DNA of 64,000 nt. It comes from Octopus sinensis. Its lineage: Eukaryota. Shown here one piece after another: positions 63,673-64,000 of the stretch (positions are counted from its first letter, which is position 1; each line of letters starts with the position of its first letter). The notes beneath the pieces were generated by a model. The model was not told the DNA's origin, ran no database searches, and worked only from the letters and a program-made list of their open reading frames with translations. The stretch covers positions 33,170,001 to 33,234,000 of the forward strand of contig NC_043000.1 in assembly GCF_006345805.1 (NCBI RefSeq), written 5' to 3'. The translations under genes were made by a program, and so were the position numbers.

Positions 63673-64000
63673 AATTCAAAGATCCGGCATTGTTACACTC
63701 TTTGTTACACTGATTATAGCCGAGAATTACGTTTTACAAGAATCCCTAAGGATCCTTTATCGAGTCCCTAATCGTCTTAAAAAATTTCCCCAATATCTTA
63801 TAACAAAATCCCGAATAAAATCATCGCCATGACCTTAATTATGTTTTCAAAGCTTCATATCATTAGTAGATTTCTAATCGTGTCCATCAACTTTGTCACA
63901 GGATCCTCGTCCCTCGTTCTAACCACAACCGAATGCAGCAGTCCGTCGTTTAGAAGCCATCACAACCAAGTGTTTGACTGAAGAGGTCGGGTATTATTTA

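Overview
AT-rich, repeat-saturated animal DNA, either intergenic or deep intronic, with one 100-N assembly gap (12148-12247). The SINE families and microsatellite landscape look like those I associate with octopus (coleoid cephalopod) genomes; this is an inference and was not verified. I cannot support any intact host gene, RNA gene or CRISPR array. Almost all long ORFs in the track are translations of (TA)n/(CA)n/(TACA)n/(GA)n/(GAA)n/(TAC)n repeats. The recognisable coding relics are all mobile: R4-clade and HERO-like RLE LINE fragments, a frameshifted CR1-group LINE ORF2 plus a probable ORF1 (Myb/SANT-like domain + CCCH finger), two Tc1 copies, two identically deleted maT/DD37D elements, at least four Penelope-like (PLE) GIY-YIG relics, Helitron-like non-autonomous elements, MITEs and at least four SINE families. 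The most notable unexplained structure is a dispersed set of minimal type-I hammerhead ribozyme motifs in PLE-like, microsatellite-embedded modules. One has a ~96-nt stem II (33007-33133), and one family has a non-canonical CUGUNGA core. There are also several long foldbacks and hairpins, and a SINE/LINE shared 3' stem-loop with compensatory changes. Coordinates and identities were read by eye and are approximate.
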